A stretch of 61,276 nucleotides of DNA, counting the filler. It is 5 parts of 5 records of this genome, joined end to end, with 100 filler letters (N's around TTAATTAATTAA, not from the genome) between each part and the next. Parts side by side here need not be neighbours in the genome. Positions count along the whole stretch, not along the records: positions 19,128 to 34,821 come from DRR378314_2249; 4 more parts are not named here. One strand, 5' to 3'. Below the pieces are notes generated by a model. It worked only from the letters and a program-made list of their open reading frames with translations, was not told where the DNA came from and did no database searches. Shown piece after piece: positions 19,266-28,966 of this stretch. Both the position numbers and the translations under genes were made by a program. Position 1 is the first letter of the stretch, and the number at the start of each line of letters is the position of its first letter.

Positions 19266-20192
19266 TCAGAGCTCCTGCGACCAAGGCGGATTTGCCCCGG
19301 CTCGTGATACGGTAACTGCTGCAACCTTTGCCCCGAATTCCAACGCATCGTGTAGACTGCCTGCCGACAGGGCGCGCAATGCGGATTTGTTCAGATGATC
19401 GGCTTGGTGTAGCGCGGCCAGGACGCCCGCATTAAAGGTATCACCGGCCCCGACAGTGTCGACAACCTCAACCTGTTTGACGGGCACGGAAACCTCTGCC
19501 CCATCGGAAAGATAGCCTGTCGCGCCGTCGCCACCTTTGGTCACGACAACGACAGATGGTCCGGCCTGCAACATCAGTGGGATTTTCTCAGCATGACTTT
19601 CGGGGCCGGGGATGATCCAATCCAGATCCTCGTCAGACACCTTGACTATGTCCGCCTGCGCAATCATGTGGTTCAGGCGCGTGCGATACCGGGTCTGATC
19701 CTTGATGAACCCGGGGCGAATATTGGGGTCCAACATCACGGCGCGATCCGCGCTATGACGATCAAGCAAGGCAGCGTAGGCATCGGCGCAGGGTTCGCAA
19801 GCCAGGCTGATCCCGCCGAAATACAACGCTGATACGCCTGGTAGCTGATCCGGCATGTCTTCGGGCCGGAGCATTCGTCCTGCCGAGTTCTCATCCATGA
19901 AGCTGTATGTGGCGTGCCCGTCTTTCAGTTGCACGAAAGCAAGCGTGGTTGGGCGGTCCGAGCGGATAACGTGGGTGGTCGCCACATGGCTAATCTGCAA
20001 AGCAGAGATCAGCTGTTCCCCGAACATATCTGTAGACACACCTGACAACAGCCCTGTCTGTATGCCAAGTCGCCCCAATGCAATCGCGGTGTTGAAGATT
20101 GCACCGCCTGAGTGCGGAACAAACCCTTTCCCGCCAGAAACCGTTGGTTCGGCGATCATGTCGATCAAAGCTTCTCCGCAGCACAGGATCAT
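19266..20192 (-). CDS. PfkB family carbohydrate kinase (fructokinase-like)
   Basis: GEALID, GGAIFNTA, DPNIRP, KVSDED, VDTVGAGDTF. Confidence 0.9.
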   Translation of the reverse strand: MILCCGEALIDMIAEPTVSGGKGFVPHSGGAIFNTAIALGRLGIQTGLLSGVSTDMFGEQLISALQISHVATTHVIRSDRPTTLAFVQLKDGHATYSFMDENSAGRMLRPEDMPDQLPGVSALYFGGISLACEPCADAYAALLDRHSADRAVMLDPNIRPGFIKDQTRYRTRLNHMIAQADIVKVSDEDLDWIIPGPESHAEKIPLMLQAGPSVVVVTKGGDGATGYLSDGAEVSVPVKQVEVVDTVGAGDTFNAGVLAALHQADHLNKSALRALSAGSLHDALEFGAKVAAVTVSRAGANPPWSQEL

Positions 20193-20231
20193 CCTGCTTT
20201 CCTTTTGTCTGTCAGAAAACGCATGGTGAGC

Positions 20232-22097
20232 CTACCGTGCGAGCGCATTCTTGCAGAAATTGTTAGCGCCAACAATGCCAAATTCATCCTGTTCCGAGAC
20301 ATACAGATTAAAGTCTCGCCGCAAATCATCGAACCGCCCGCCAGCATTGAAGGCGCGCAAGAAACCTTGCCCAAATAGCCAGCGGTTCTTCTCTGCTACG
20401 CCACCAACGAGAAATACCCCTCCGGTAGGCACAAGTGCGACTGCAAGATCACCCATGATGGCCCCAAGATGTTCGGTAAACATGCGCGCAGCTTTGACAG
20501 CGCATGCGTCCGAGCCGTCTTGTGCGGCCTGAAGAATGTCTTTGGCTGAGCGGGTTGAGGTGTTGGTTTGACCCTCGGTCATTCCAATGGCTTGATAGAG
20601 GATCGGAAGCCCGGTCCCGCTTACAAACATCTCGGCCTCAATTACAAGAGTATCATCAAAAAAACACTCAGGAGCGATCCGACGCGCTGCATTGAAAACT
20701 TCGACCTCATCGAAGTGACGCGGCGACAATCCCATATGGCCACCCTCGCCAGAGACCGTATGAAAGTGGCCTTCGGAATAGAGCAGGGCGCCAACACCCA
20801 GTCCAGTCCCCGGTCCCACAACCAGCCGCGTTCCGAGGGGAGGGGATGCCTCGCCTTGCAGCACTTCAACATTGCCCTCGGTGATCTCGGCCACGGACCA
20901 AGCGGCAGCTGTAAAATCGTTGATTACAAAGGTATGGTGCGCCCCGGTGGCTCGGGCCAGTTCGGTCTCGGACAGGTCCAGATTGGCGTTAGTCAGGCGA
21001 ATGGTGCCATTCTGAACTGGACCAGCGCCAGCCGCAACGACTGCGCGCGGCTCGGTACCGATTTCGTCGCACAGGCTATGTAGCGCATCCTGCAGATCAG
21101 TCGGGGTGCCTGTAGGGTGTTTGCGAAGATCGGTCAGTTCCCCATCGGTCACGACACCCAACCGGGTATTGGTGCCACCGATATCGGCCACCAGGTTCCA
21201 ATGCGCATGAAGCCCCTCTTTGGATCGAACCCATGGGGAGGGCTGATTGCCGCGTTTCAAGGTCACCTGGAGCACTTCAACTGCAGCTGTATTCTCTGAT
21301 TGTATGAATGCCCCTCGGAGAGGAAAGTCGCGAGCGAGAGTTTTTTGAACGGTGTCCAAATAATGGGCTGGGTCTAAATCTGTACCCGTGGCCAAGGTCA
21401 TGAAAAACGGCAGAGCCTCGGTGTCTTCAAGCGCTATGTGCATCAGCGGGTCAAGATCATCGCCCTTTCCGATGGTTACACCGCACCAATCGATCGGTTC
21501 AGCGATTGTGGCAAAATCATCCTGCCAATTCCCGGGTAGATGAATTTCCAATCGATCCAGCAACAGCTCGGGGTATCGCTTGTTAAAGGTCACTTCAGTC
21601 ATCACAGGGTCTGGCAGCATAATCTCGGCACCCAGATTGGTCATCCCATAGCTCCGCATTGCTTGGCGTGCAGAGCCTTGGGCAAGAGTTTGATGATGCA
21701 GGCTGCGCGCTTCGGTACGTGGATCACCGGGTTGCTCGGTGGACAGGCCTGATGTTGAGATGTTGAATATGCGATCCCCGGCTCGGGCGACGATCGCTTC
21801 GGCAAATTGCGCAAAATAATCGGCCATCTCCCGATTGCGCCAACCCCCGATGTCGCTCAGCGCCGGGGGAAGCTCGGCGTGATCTAGCAAAACGCACGGT
21901 CGTAGATCATGCGCCAGAACTTGATCAATCCGTTTCTCGAAGCGATCCAAGGCATCCGCATCGGTCGCGCGCCCGTCGGGCAGGATATCAATCCAACGGA
22001 CCGAAAAACGAGACATGTCTAACCCGGTTGCCAAATCGGTGGGGCCTACCGCACCAAAAAGGAACCCCTTGGGAAAGTCTGAACGGGTGTAATTCAT
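20232..22097 (-). CDS. Fusion of a degenerate GH1 beta-glucosidase-like domain and glucokinase
   Basis: N-terminus 'SDFPKGFLFG..RFSVRW..GGWRNRE..GDR' lacks NEP and ENG; C-terminus has ADIGGTNTR, INDF, GPGTGLG, EGGH. Confidence 0.85.
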   Translation of the reverse strand: MNYTRSDFPKGFLFGAVGPTDLATGLDMSRFSVRWIDILPDGRATDADALDRFEKRIDQVLAHDLRPCVLLDHAELPPALSDIGGWRNREMADYFAQFAEAIVARAGDRIFNISTSGLSTEQPGDPRTEARSLHHQTLAQGSARQAMRSYGMTNLGAEIMLPDPVMTEVTFNKRYPELLLDRLEIHLPGNWQDDFATIAEPIDWCGVTIGKGDDLDPLMHIALEDTEALPFFMTLATGTDLDPAHYLDTVQKTLARDFPLRGAFIQSENTAAVEVLQVTLKRGNQPSPWVRSKEGLHAHWNLVADIGGTNTRLGVVTDGELTDLRKHPTGTPTDLQDALHSLCDEIGTEPRAVVAAGAGPVQNGTIRLTNANLDLSETELARATGAHHTFVINDFTAAAWSVAEITEGNVEVLQGEASPPLGTRLVVGPGTGLGVGALLYSEGHFHTVSGEGGHMGLSPRHFDEVEVFNAARRIAPECFFDDTLVIEAEMFVSGTGLPILYQAIGMTEGQTNTSTRSAKDILQAAQDGSDACAVKAARMFTEHLGAIMGDLAVALVPTGGVFLVGGVAEKNRWLFGQGFLRAFNAGGRFDDLRRDFNLYVSEQDEFGIVGANNFCKNALAR

Positions 22098-22165
22098 TGT
22101 AGCAACCTGTTGGAGCTATGACCTGCGTCACGCCATCTATCAGGTTATGTTAGCGGTATCTAGAT

Positions 22166-24079
22166 TTACGATTGCTCAGGGTTGCGCTTTCTAAATTGAA
22201 CGTCACAGCCTTCAATCTGCAGGTCATCCCAGTCTATTGGATGTGCATTGTAATTTATTAACACCTCATGTGACCGTGTTTCGCGCCGCCGTAGTCCTGT
22301 AGGCATCGGGTGAAGCGTCAGGCCAGTTTTCTGAGCGGCCATGGCAATGACCCGATCCCAAAGAACCTCATCCGGGAAACCCGGCAGATACCAAAGTCGT
22401 TCTTCGCCTTGCAACGCCGGCGTACCATCGGCGAATGACAGCAAGCTTCGGGCTGTGCCTGACATGCGTTCGACCCAGTGTTCCACACTGCCGCCTCCGT
22501 CGACTGTACGGGCCACGCCGGGTGGAAGGGTTTCGATCAGGTCAACATGGCAGCTCAACCCTCCAAGACCGGGGCGCCCCTGTTGAGGGATCTGAAAGTC
22601 TTCAGTGATTGCACCACAGCGCGGCCCCAGCAATGCCAGATCACAGCCGTGCAACAGCCGCTGCTCAAGATCACCCAATGCAGCCACGCCCGGCGTCAGA
22701 ATCAGGTTGTAGTGATCCTCGCCGACTCTGGTAGGTGGAACAAAATCCACTGATAACCCGGCACGTCGCAGCGCGCGATAGGCTGAGAATACGAGCTTGA
22801 AGTAATCGAAACCTGCGCCCTGAGGTTGCCCTGCCCACGCCCAATCTGACGCATAGTCGAATACTATCGCTACGGGCGCACGCGCGGCTTGAATCTCACC
22901 CAACGCCGCCAAGTCATCGGCGGTCTGGCGCGCCTCGGCCAAGCCGGGTGCGTCATGACCATCAGGGGTCAATAGCCCGGCATGCATTTGTTCTTGCCCG
23001 AAAGGTGCCTGCCGCCAGCGGAAATAGTTGACCACTTCGGCCCCATGCGCCACGGCTTCAAGCGACCAAAGGCGCACCATTCCGGGCAGGGGGGCTGGAT
23101 TGTAGGGTGCCCAGTTCACCGGGCCGGGCTGCTGTTCCATCACCCACCAGCGGCCATGGCCGACAGCGCGGTACAGATCATGATGAAAGGCCTGCATGTC
23201 AGGATCACCCTGCTTCAGATACGCGGTTTTGTGCGCCTCATCCGCCTCCAGCCGATCTGACAGGAAACCGATCGGGTAACTGTCCCACGTGGCGATATCC
23301 AGATCATCTCCAACATCAAAATGATCGAAATCCAGTACGCGGCCCATGTAGTTGTGCAGCAAAGGGACATCCGTCAGGGGCCGCAACACATCGACCTGAG
23401 CTTTGTTGAACGCCACCACCTGATCCGAGCTGAATCGTCGAAACGCCAGGACATGCGCCGGGTTGGGTTCGGTCACGGTCAGGTTCGGAAACTCTATCTG
23501 ATCGAAGCTGTTGTACTCCATCGACCAGAACACATTACCCCACGCGGCGTTCAGTGCCTCAATCGATCCGTAGCGATCCGAAAGCCAGCGACGAAACGCC
23601 TTTAGAGCTGCATCGCTATAGCTGAGCGTCGTGTCATGACATCCATATTCATTGTCGATCTGCCATGCGGCGATATGCGGGTTGTGGCCATAGCGTCGAC
23701 CCATAAGCTGTGCGATGCGCTTGCATTCGTCGACATAGCCGGGATGGCTAAAACAATAATGTCGGCGCGAGCCAAATTTACGTGGATTACCATAGGCATC
23801 AACAGCCAGCATCTCGGGAAGCTTGTCCAACATCCAACGCGGTGGCGTTGCGGTCGGGGTGCCCAACACAATCTTCAAGCCAGCAGAGCCTAAGGCCTCA
23901 ATCGCGCGATCCAACCAGTCAAATTGCAGATCGCCCGGCGTGGGCTCCATCCAGCTCCAGGCAAACTCTCCGATCCGCACCCATGTCAGGCCGGTCTCGA
24001 TCATGCGCGCTGCGTCCTTGGCCCAATTCTCTTCGGGCCAGTGTTCGGGGTAATAACAGACGCCAAGTTCTGCCTTCAT
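22166..24079 (-). CDS. Beta-galactosidase, GH42
   Basis: GVCYYPEHW, GEFAW, WQIDNEYG (acid/base), MEQQPG (nucleophile). Confidence 0.93.
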   Translation of the reverse strand: MKAELGVCYYPEHWPEENWAKDAARMIETGLTWVRIGEFAWSWMEPTPGDLQFDWLDRAIEALGSAGLKIVLGTPTATPPRWMLDKLPEMLAVDAYGNPRKFGSRRHYCFSHPGYVDECKRIAQLMGRRYGHNPHIAAWQIDNEYGCHDTTLSYSDAALKAFRRWLSDRYGSIEALNAAWGNVFWSMEYNSFDQIEFPNLTVTEPNPAHVLAFRRFSSDQVVAFNKAQVDVLRPLTDVPLLHNYMGRVLDFDHFDVGDDLDIATWDSYPIGFLSDRLEADEAHKTAYLKQGDPDMQAFHHDLYRAVGHGRWWVMEQQPGPVNWAPYNPAPLPGMVRLWSLEAVAHGAEVVNYFRWRQAPFGQEQMHAGLLTPDGHDAPGLAEARQTADDLAALGEIQAARAPVAIVFDYASDWAWAGQPQGAGFDYFKLVFSAYRALRRAGLSVDFVPPTRVGEDHYNLILTPGVAALGDLEQRLLHGCDLALLGPRCGAITEDFQIPQQGRPGLGGLSCHVDLIETLPPGVARTVDGGGSVEHWVERMSGTARSLLSFADGTPALQGEERLWYLPGFPDEVLWDRVIAMAAQKTGLTLHPMPTGLRRRETRSHEVLINYNAHPIDWDDLQIEGCDVQFRKRNPEQS

Positions 24080-24936
24080 AGGATAACTCTGTGCTCCGCC
24101 TGACCTTGCCCGACATCTGACGCGGCGAAGGTCATACCGTTTGTTGGGGTTTGTATTAACGCGTCCGTCTCCAGCCCCTGTCGGGCGGTGGTGCAGAACA
24201 GTGTGGTCAGATCATTACCGCCAAAGCTTGGACAAGAGGTGTGTTCTGCGTCGAAACCGACGGTTTTCAGGAATTGACCGCCCGGGGAATAAGCAGCAAC
24301 CCGGCTGGCCCCCCATTGGGCGATCCAGATATTACCGCCGCGATCAACAACCGCTCCGTCCGGGTTCAGACCTTCATTCTTTAGATCGAGGAATACAGCA
24401 GCGTCCCCAATGGGCCAGCCTGTTTCGGCGTCTAGCTCCCAGCGCATGACCTGTCCGGTGACGGTATCACTGTAGTAGGCACAGGAGCTATCTGGTGCAA
24501 AGCAGATCGCGTTTGTGATGGTTACGTCTCGTACCAATGGCCGCAGTTCGCCTTTCCAAAAGCGATAGATTGATCCGGCCCCAGCTTCCGCCTGTTTGCC
24601 CATGGTGCCAATCCAGAACCCGCCCCAAGGATCGGCGCGGCCATCGTTGGATCGGGTCACAGGATTGTCGGCCTCAAGCGGGACAATCAGGTCTTTGGTG
24701 TGGCTTGTCAGCCCAAAGCGCCAAAGGCCGGTCTCTGATGCGATCATTAGCGTGTCGTGGTCAACCCATCCGGCGGTGGAGACATGTTCGTTGAATTCCC
24801 ACACCTGTGGTTTATCTTTTTTTCGGGACATCAGGCGTTTGCCGATGATGTCGAACCAGAAAAGCTGCTTTCGCTCAGGGTGCCACAATGGCCCCTCGCC
24901 AAGTTCGCAGGGGCGGTCATCGTAAACGTGACTCAT
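24076..24936 (-). CDS. SMP-30/gluconolactonase family lactonase (probable galactonolactonase)
   Basis: LGEGPLW, RSNDG, PDG motifs; position in dgo cluster. Confidence 0.88.
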   Translation of the reverse strand: MSHVYDDRPCELGEGPLWHPERKQLFWFDIIGKRLMSRKKDKPQVWEFNEHVSTAGWVDHDTLMIASETGLWRFGLTSHTKDLIVPLEADNPVTRSNDGRADPWGGFWIGTMGKQAEAGAGSIYRFWKGELRPLVRDVTITNAICFAPDSSCAYYSDTVTGQVMRWELDAETGWPIGDAAVFLDLKNEGLNPDGAVVDRGGNIWIAQWGASRVAAYSPGGQFLKTVGFDAEHTSCPSFGGNDLTTLFCTTARQGLETDALIQTPTNGMTFAASDVGQGQAEHRVIL

Positions 24937-25538
24937 CTGACAGCCTCGTCGAAAGCAGTCACAATCTGCTGGGCACGATCCGATATTTCATCAACCGTCA
25001 TGCCCGGCTTGAAAATCGCTGATCCGATCCCGAAGCCATCAGCGCTTGCCTTGATCCATTGATCGAAATTCTCAGGGCCTGCACCACCTACCGCATAGAC
25101 CTGAGTGCCCGGTGGCAGAATGGCGCGCATCGCAGCCAACCCTGCGGTTCCGGCCATCGATCCGGGGAACAGTTTCAGCCCTGTGGCCCCGGCCTGTAAT
25201 GCGCTGAAGGCTTCGGTTGGGGTGAAAACACCGGGCCAGCTTTGCACTTCAAGCGCAACGGATCGCCGGATTACGGGCACATCGCAGTTTGGCGAAACGA
25301 TCAGTTTTCCACCTACATTTGCAACCGCTTCAACCTGATCGGTGGTCAGCACAGTACCAGCTCCGACAAGCGCCCGATCCCCGATCTCTGAGACGAGGAT
25401 ACGGATGCTTTCCAACGGATCAGGAGAGTTCAGTGGTACTTCGATCCGGTCTATGCCCGCTTGCACCAGAGCGTGCCCGACCGGCTTTGCCTCATCGGGT
25501 GTCAACCCGCGCAGGATGGCGATAATGGGACGGCTCAT
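24933..25538 (-). CDS. dgoA: 2-dehydro-3-deoxy-6-phosphogalactonate aldolase
   Basis: IAILRG, IEVPLNSPDP, GAGTV, LKLFP, YAVGG. Confidence 0.93.
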   Translation of the reverse strand: MSRPIIAILRGLTPDEAKPVGHALVQAGIDRIEVPLNSPDPLESIRILVSEIGDRALVGAGTVLTTDQVEAVANVGGKLIVSPNCDVPVIRRSVALEVQSWPGVFTPTEAFSALQAGATGLKLFPGSMAGTAGLAAMRAILPPGTQVYAVGGAGPENFDQWIKASADGFGIGSAIFKPGMTVDEISDRAQQIVTAFDEAVR

Positions 25539-26428
25539 GCTGTTTGCCTCGTCAATGTTCTGGCTTGTGCCAGCCCCGCAATAGTTGTGGCGGTGGCGTC
25601 TGCAGTCTCAACCAGCGCGCCTTGTAGCTGCAGAGCGGTCGCGTAGGCATTGGATAAGCCCTCTGAGCCGATGACAGCCAATTGCTGACCCAACCAATAG
25701 GGCCGCGATGCGGAAAGTTCTGCACCGATCAAGAGCCCTGAAAGCCGGGCGCGCGCGATGCTTTTGTTCTGACCATGTAGCAAATCTGCGGCACGCAACC
25801 CAAAGAGTCGTGCTGCAAGTTGTTCAGGCTTCGACAGCGTATCGGATACGGCATCGGCAAAACTCGCGTCATCCCATCCGTCGTCGATGGAATGACGTAG
25901 AACGGATTGCCCCCGCAGCAGGTCAAACATCTCACCGGTCATAAAGGTGCGGAAACTGACGACCTCACCTGCACTGATCTGCGCCCATTTCGTATGAGTG
26001 CCGGGCAGACAAATGACACCATCCCAATTCTGATGCGTACTGAGAAAACCCGCGATCTGCGTTTCTTCACCGCGCATTACATCGGGCGGGTTATTCTGCT
26101 TGAGCCCCGGCACCACGAAGGCCCGAATGCGTGGATCAGTATTTGGAACACGGAACGGCACAACTGGGATTGGCTCGGACGGCACGGCTGAATACGGGGC
26201 CTCGACCCAACCCTGCCGTGCACCAACCATTCCGCAGGCGATCACGTCTACTGGTTTCCCGGGCAGCCAATCTTCGATTAAAGCCAGCAGCGCGGCCTGG
26301 AAATCGCCACCCGCTGTGCGCGACATGCCATCCTGCGACGCGGTCTGGGTCAGAACGCTTTCGCCTTGCATGGCCCAGGCCCGCAAATGAGATGTTCCCC
26401 AATCGACCGCGATCCACTCGACATTCAT
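25535..26428 (-). CDS. dgoK: 2-dehydro-3-deoxygalactonokinase
   Basis: DWGTSHLRAW, DVMRGEETQ, PGTHTKW, TFMTGE. Confidence 0.95.
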   Translation of the reverse strand: MNVEWIAVDWGTSHLRAWAMQGESVLTQTASQDGMSRTAGGDFQAALLALIEDWLPGKPVDVIACGMVGARQGWVEAPYSAVPSEPIPVVPFRVPNTDPRIRAFVVPGLKQNNPPDVMRGEETQIAGFLSTHQNWDGVICLPGTHTKWAQISAGEVVSFRTFMTGEMFDLLRGQSVLRHSIDDGWDDASFADAVSDTLSKPEQLAARLFGLRAADLLHGQNKSIARARLSGLLIGAELSASRPYWLGQQLAVIGSEGLSNAYATALQLQGALVETADATATTIAGLAQARTLTRQTA

Positions 26429-26432
26429 AGCG

Positions 26433-27200
26433 TCACCCCGTTGTCACCACGCCACCATCGACGACCATACATTGACCCGTCATTGCGCGGCTGGCATCCG
26501 AAGCCAAAAATAGGGTTGGTGCGATCATGTCTTCGGGTGTCAAATGCTCTTTCAGGCATTGGCGGTCCAGATGCGCGGCCAAATCTTCTGGCGTGGCCCA
26601 CATATCCAGCTGTTTCTGCGTCAGTACCCATCCCGGTGCCAACGCGTTGACGCGGATTCTTTGTGGCCCAAGCTCGCGCGCCAAAGAGCGTGTCATGCCG
26701 GTGATCGCCGCATTCGAACTGGTGTAGATCGGATAACCCGCATTCCCCATCAAGTAGCTGATCGAACTGAAATTGATGATCGAACCACCTTTGTCCTTCA
26801 TCAGGCGCGCAGCTTCCTGACAGGCAAAGTAATAGGCCTTGAGGTTCACCTCGATCATCCAGTCCCAGAAGTCGGGCGTGGTTTCTTCCAGCGAGTGGCG
26901 TTTGTCATTGGCTGCGTTGTTGACCAGCACATTCAGTGGGCCGTGGGCTTCGGCTGCTTTAGCCATGGTGGCATGCAACAGCTCAGTGTCCGTCATGTCA
27001 CCCTGCAAGAACAAGGGCGCGCGGCCATGTTTATCGCGCATCTGGTCAACAAAAGCACTGGCATCGGACCGGCCGATAAAGGCGACATTGGCGCCTTGTC
27101 CCATGAAGCCGTCAGTCAGAGCTGCGCCAACTCCTGATCCGCCGCCTGTAATATATACTGACGCGCCGCGCATGTCGTGAAATGTTGCAGGTTGATCCAT
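26433..27200 (-). CDS. SDR family sugar dehydrogenase (probable galactose 1-dehydrogenase)
   Basis: TGGGSGVG, NNAANDKRH, YTSSN (YxxxK with K replaced by N); position in dgo cluster. Confidence 0.78.
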   Translation of the reverse strand: MDQPATFHDMRGASVYITGGGSGVGAALTDGFMGQGANVAFIGRSDASAFVDQMRDKHGRAPLFLQGDMTDTELLHATMAKAAEAHGPLNVLVNNAANDKRHSLEETTPDFWDWMIEVNLKAYYFACQEAARLMKDKGGSIINFSSISYLMGNAGYPIYTSSNAAITGMTRSLARELGPQRIRVNALAPGWVLTQKQLDMWATPEDLAAHLDRQCLKEHLTPEDMIAPTLFLASDASRAMTGQCMVVDGGVVTTG

Positions 27201-28909
27201 CAGTGGCTCTCTCTCGTCACAAGGCGCGTGTCTTTACCGACAAGGAAATCAAGATCAGCACCGCGATCAGCCTGCAGCACATGGTCGATATAAAGTTTTG
27301 CATAACCGCGCGTGTAATGCGGATCGTCCGGTTGCCACAGTGTTCGGCGGGCGTCCAGTTCCTTTTCGTCGACCAGCAGTTCCAGTTCGCCATTGCTGGC
27401 GGACACACGAATGCGGTCGCCGGTTTTCACCAAGGCCAATGTGCCACCGGCCTGAGCCTCGGGGCTGACATGCAGAACGACTGTTCCGAAGGCGGTTCCA
27501 GACATACGCGCGTCTGAAATTCTGATCATATCGCGTACACCCTCCTTCACCAGCTTGGCGGGGATGGGCATGTTGCCAACCTCGGGCATGCCCGGATATC
27601 CCTTGGGGCCACAGCCTTTGAGGACCAGAATGGTGTCAGGTGTCACTGGCAGATCGTCGCGGTCGATATTGGCTTTCAGGTCTTCGATATTTTCGAAAAC
27701 GTAAGCTTCGGCTTCGGTCTCTAACAACGCGTCGGTAGCGGCCGAGGGCTTAACAATGGCCCCGTTGGGTGCAAGGTTCCCGCGCAAGACACGCAGGCCC
27801 GCGGCAGGTTTTACCGGGTCATCAAAGGGTCGGATTACATCCGGATTATAGCACTCGGCACCTTCGAAATGGGCTGATATGTCCTTGTTCAATACCGTTT
27901 TTGCCGGACGCAGAAAGGGTTTTAGTTCGGACAGAACCACTGGTACACCGCCTGCATAACAGAAATCCTCCATCAGGTATTTGCCCGAAGGCATGCAGTT
28001 CACCAGCAGGGGAATCTCGGACCCGATTTCAAAATCTTTCAACGTCAGATCAATGCCCACACGACCCGCGAGCGCGAGAAGATGGATGACGGCATTGGTC
28101 GACCCACCAACGGCGGCGTTTGCAAGGATGGCATTTTCGAACGCTTGTTTTGTCAGAATATCCGAGGGCTTAAGATCCTCATCCACCATCTCGACAATCC
28201 GTTTGCCCGTCAAATGTGCCAGCGCCATGCGGCGGGCATCAACAGCGGGCAGAGCGGCGTTGGTGGGCAAGCTCATTCCCATCGCTTCAACCAGCGAGGC
28301 CATAGTGCTGGCAGTACCCATCGTCATGCAAACCCCAGCGCTACGCGACATACCGGATTCAGCATTCATGAAATCCTGCAAGGTCATTTCCCCTGCTCGG
28401 ACAGCTTCCGAAAACTTCCAGACGTCAGTGCCCGAACCGATATCCTGCCCCCGGTATTTACCATTCAGCATCGGGCCCGAGCTGACGACGATTGATGGAA
28501 GATCAACCGAAGCTGCACCCATCAACTGACCCGGAGTTGTCTTGTCACATCCGCCCAGAAGGACGACGCCGTCAATGCCATAAGCGCGAATGGACTCTTC
28601 AACATCCATTGCCAAAAGGTTGCGGAACAGCATGGCGGTGGGCTTCATTTGTGTCTCACCCAGGCTCATCACCGGGAATTCAACCGGGAAGCCGCCAGCC
28701 TCCCAAACGCCACGCTTGACGCCTTCGGCCAGATCACGAAGACCCGAATTGCACGGTGTCAGTTCTGACCATGTGTTGCAGATGCCAATGACGGGCCGCC
28801 CGTCAAAAGCGTGGTCTGGAAAGCCCTGATTTTTCATCCAGGATCGGTGGATGAAACCGTCTTTATCGAGTTTCCCGTACCAATGCTGTGAACGGCGTTT
28901 CTTTGTCAT
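27200..28909 (-). CDS. IlvD/Edd family sugar-acid dehydratase (probable galactonate dehydratase)
   Basis: PCN, GCDKTTPG, CMTMGTA, GGSTN, SDARMSGT. Confidence 0.88.
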   Translation of the reverse strand: MTKKRRSQHWYGKLDKDGFIHRSWMKNQGFPDHAFDGRPVIGICNTWSELTPCNSGLRDLAEGVKRGVWEAGGFPVEFPVMSLGETQMKPTAMLFRNLLAMDVEESIRAYGIDGVVLLGGCDKTTPGQLMGAASVDLPSIVVSSGPMLNGKYRGQDIGSGTDVWKFSEAVRAGEMTLQDFMNAESGMSRSAGVCMTMGTASTMASLVEAMGMSLPTNAALPAVDARRMALAHLTGKRIVEMVDEDLKPSDILTKQAFENAILANAAVGGSTNAVIHLLALAGRVGIDLTLKDFEIGSEIPLLVNCMPSGKYLMEDFCYAGGVPVVLSELKPFLRPAKTVLNKDISAHFEGAECYNPDVIRPFDDPVKPAAGLRVLRGNLAPNGAIVKPSAATDALLETEAEAYVFENIEDLKANIDRDDLPVTPDTILVLKGCGPKGYPGMPEVGNMPIPAKLVKEGVRDMIRISDARMSGTAFGTVVLHVSPEAQAGGTLALVKTGDRIRVSASNGELELLVDEKELDARRTLWQPDDPHYTRGYAKLYIDHVLQADRGADLDFLVGKDTRLVTRESH

Positions 28910-28966
28910 TTTGGCTCTGCGTTTCTGGCTGGTGTTGGAATTGAGTTCTTTATGAACAGACTAAAA

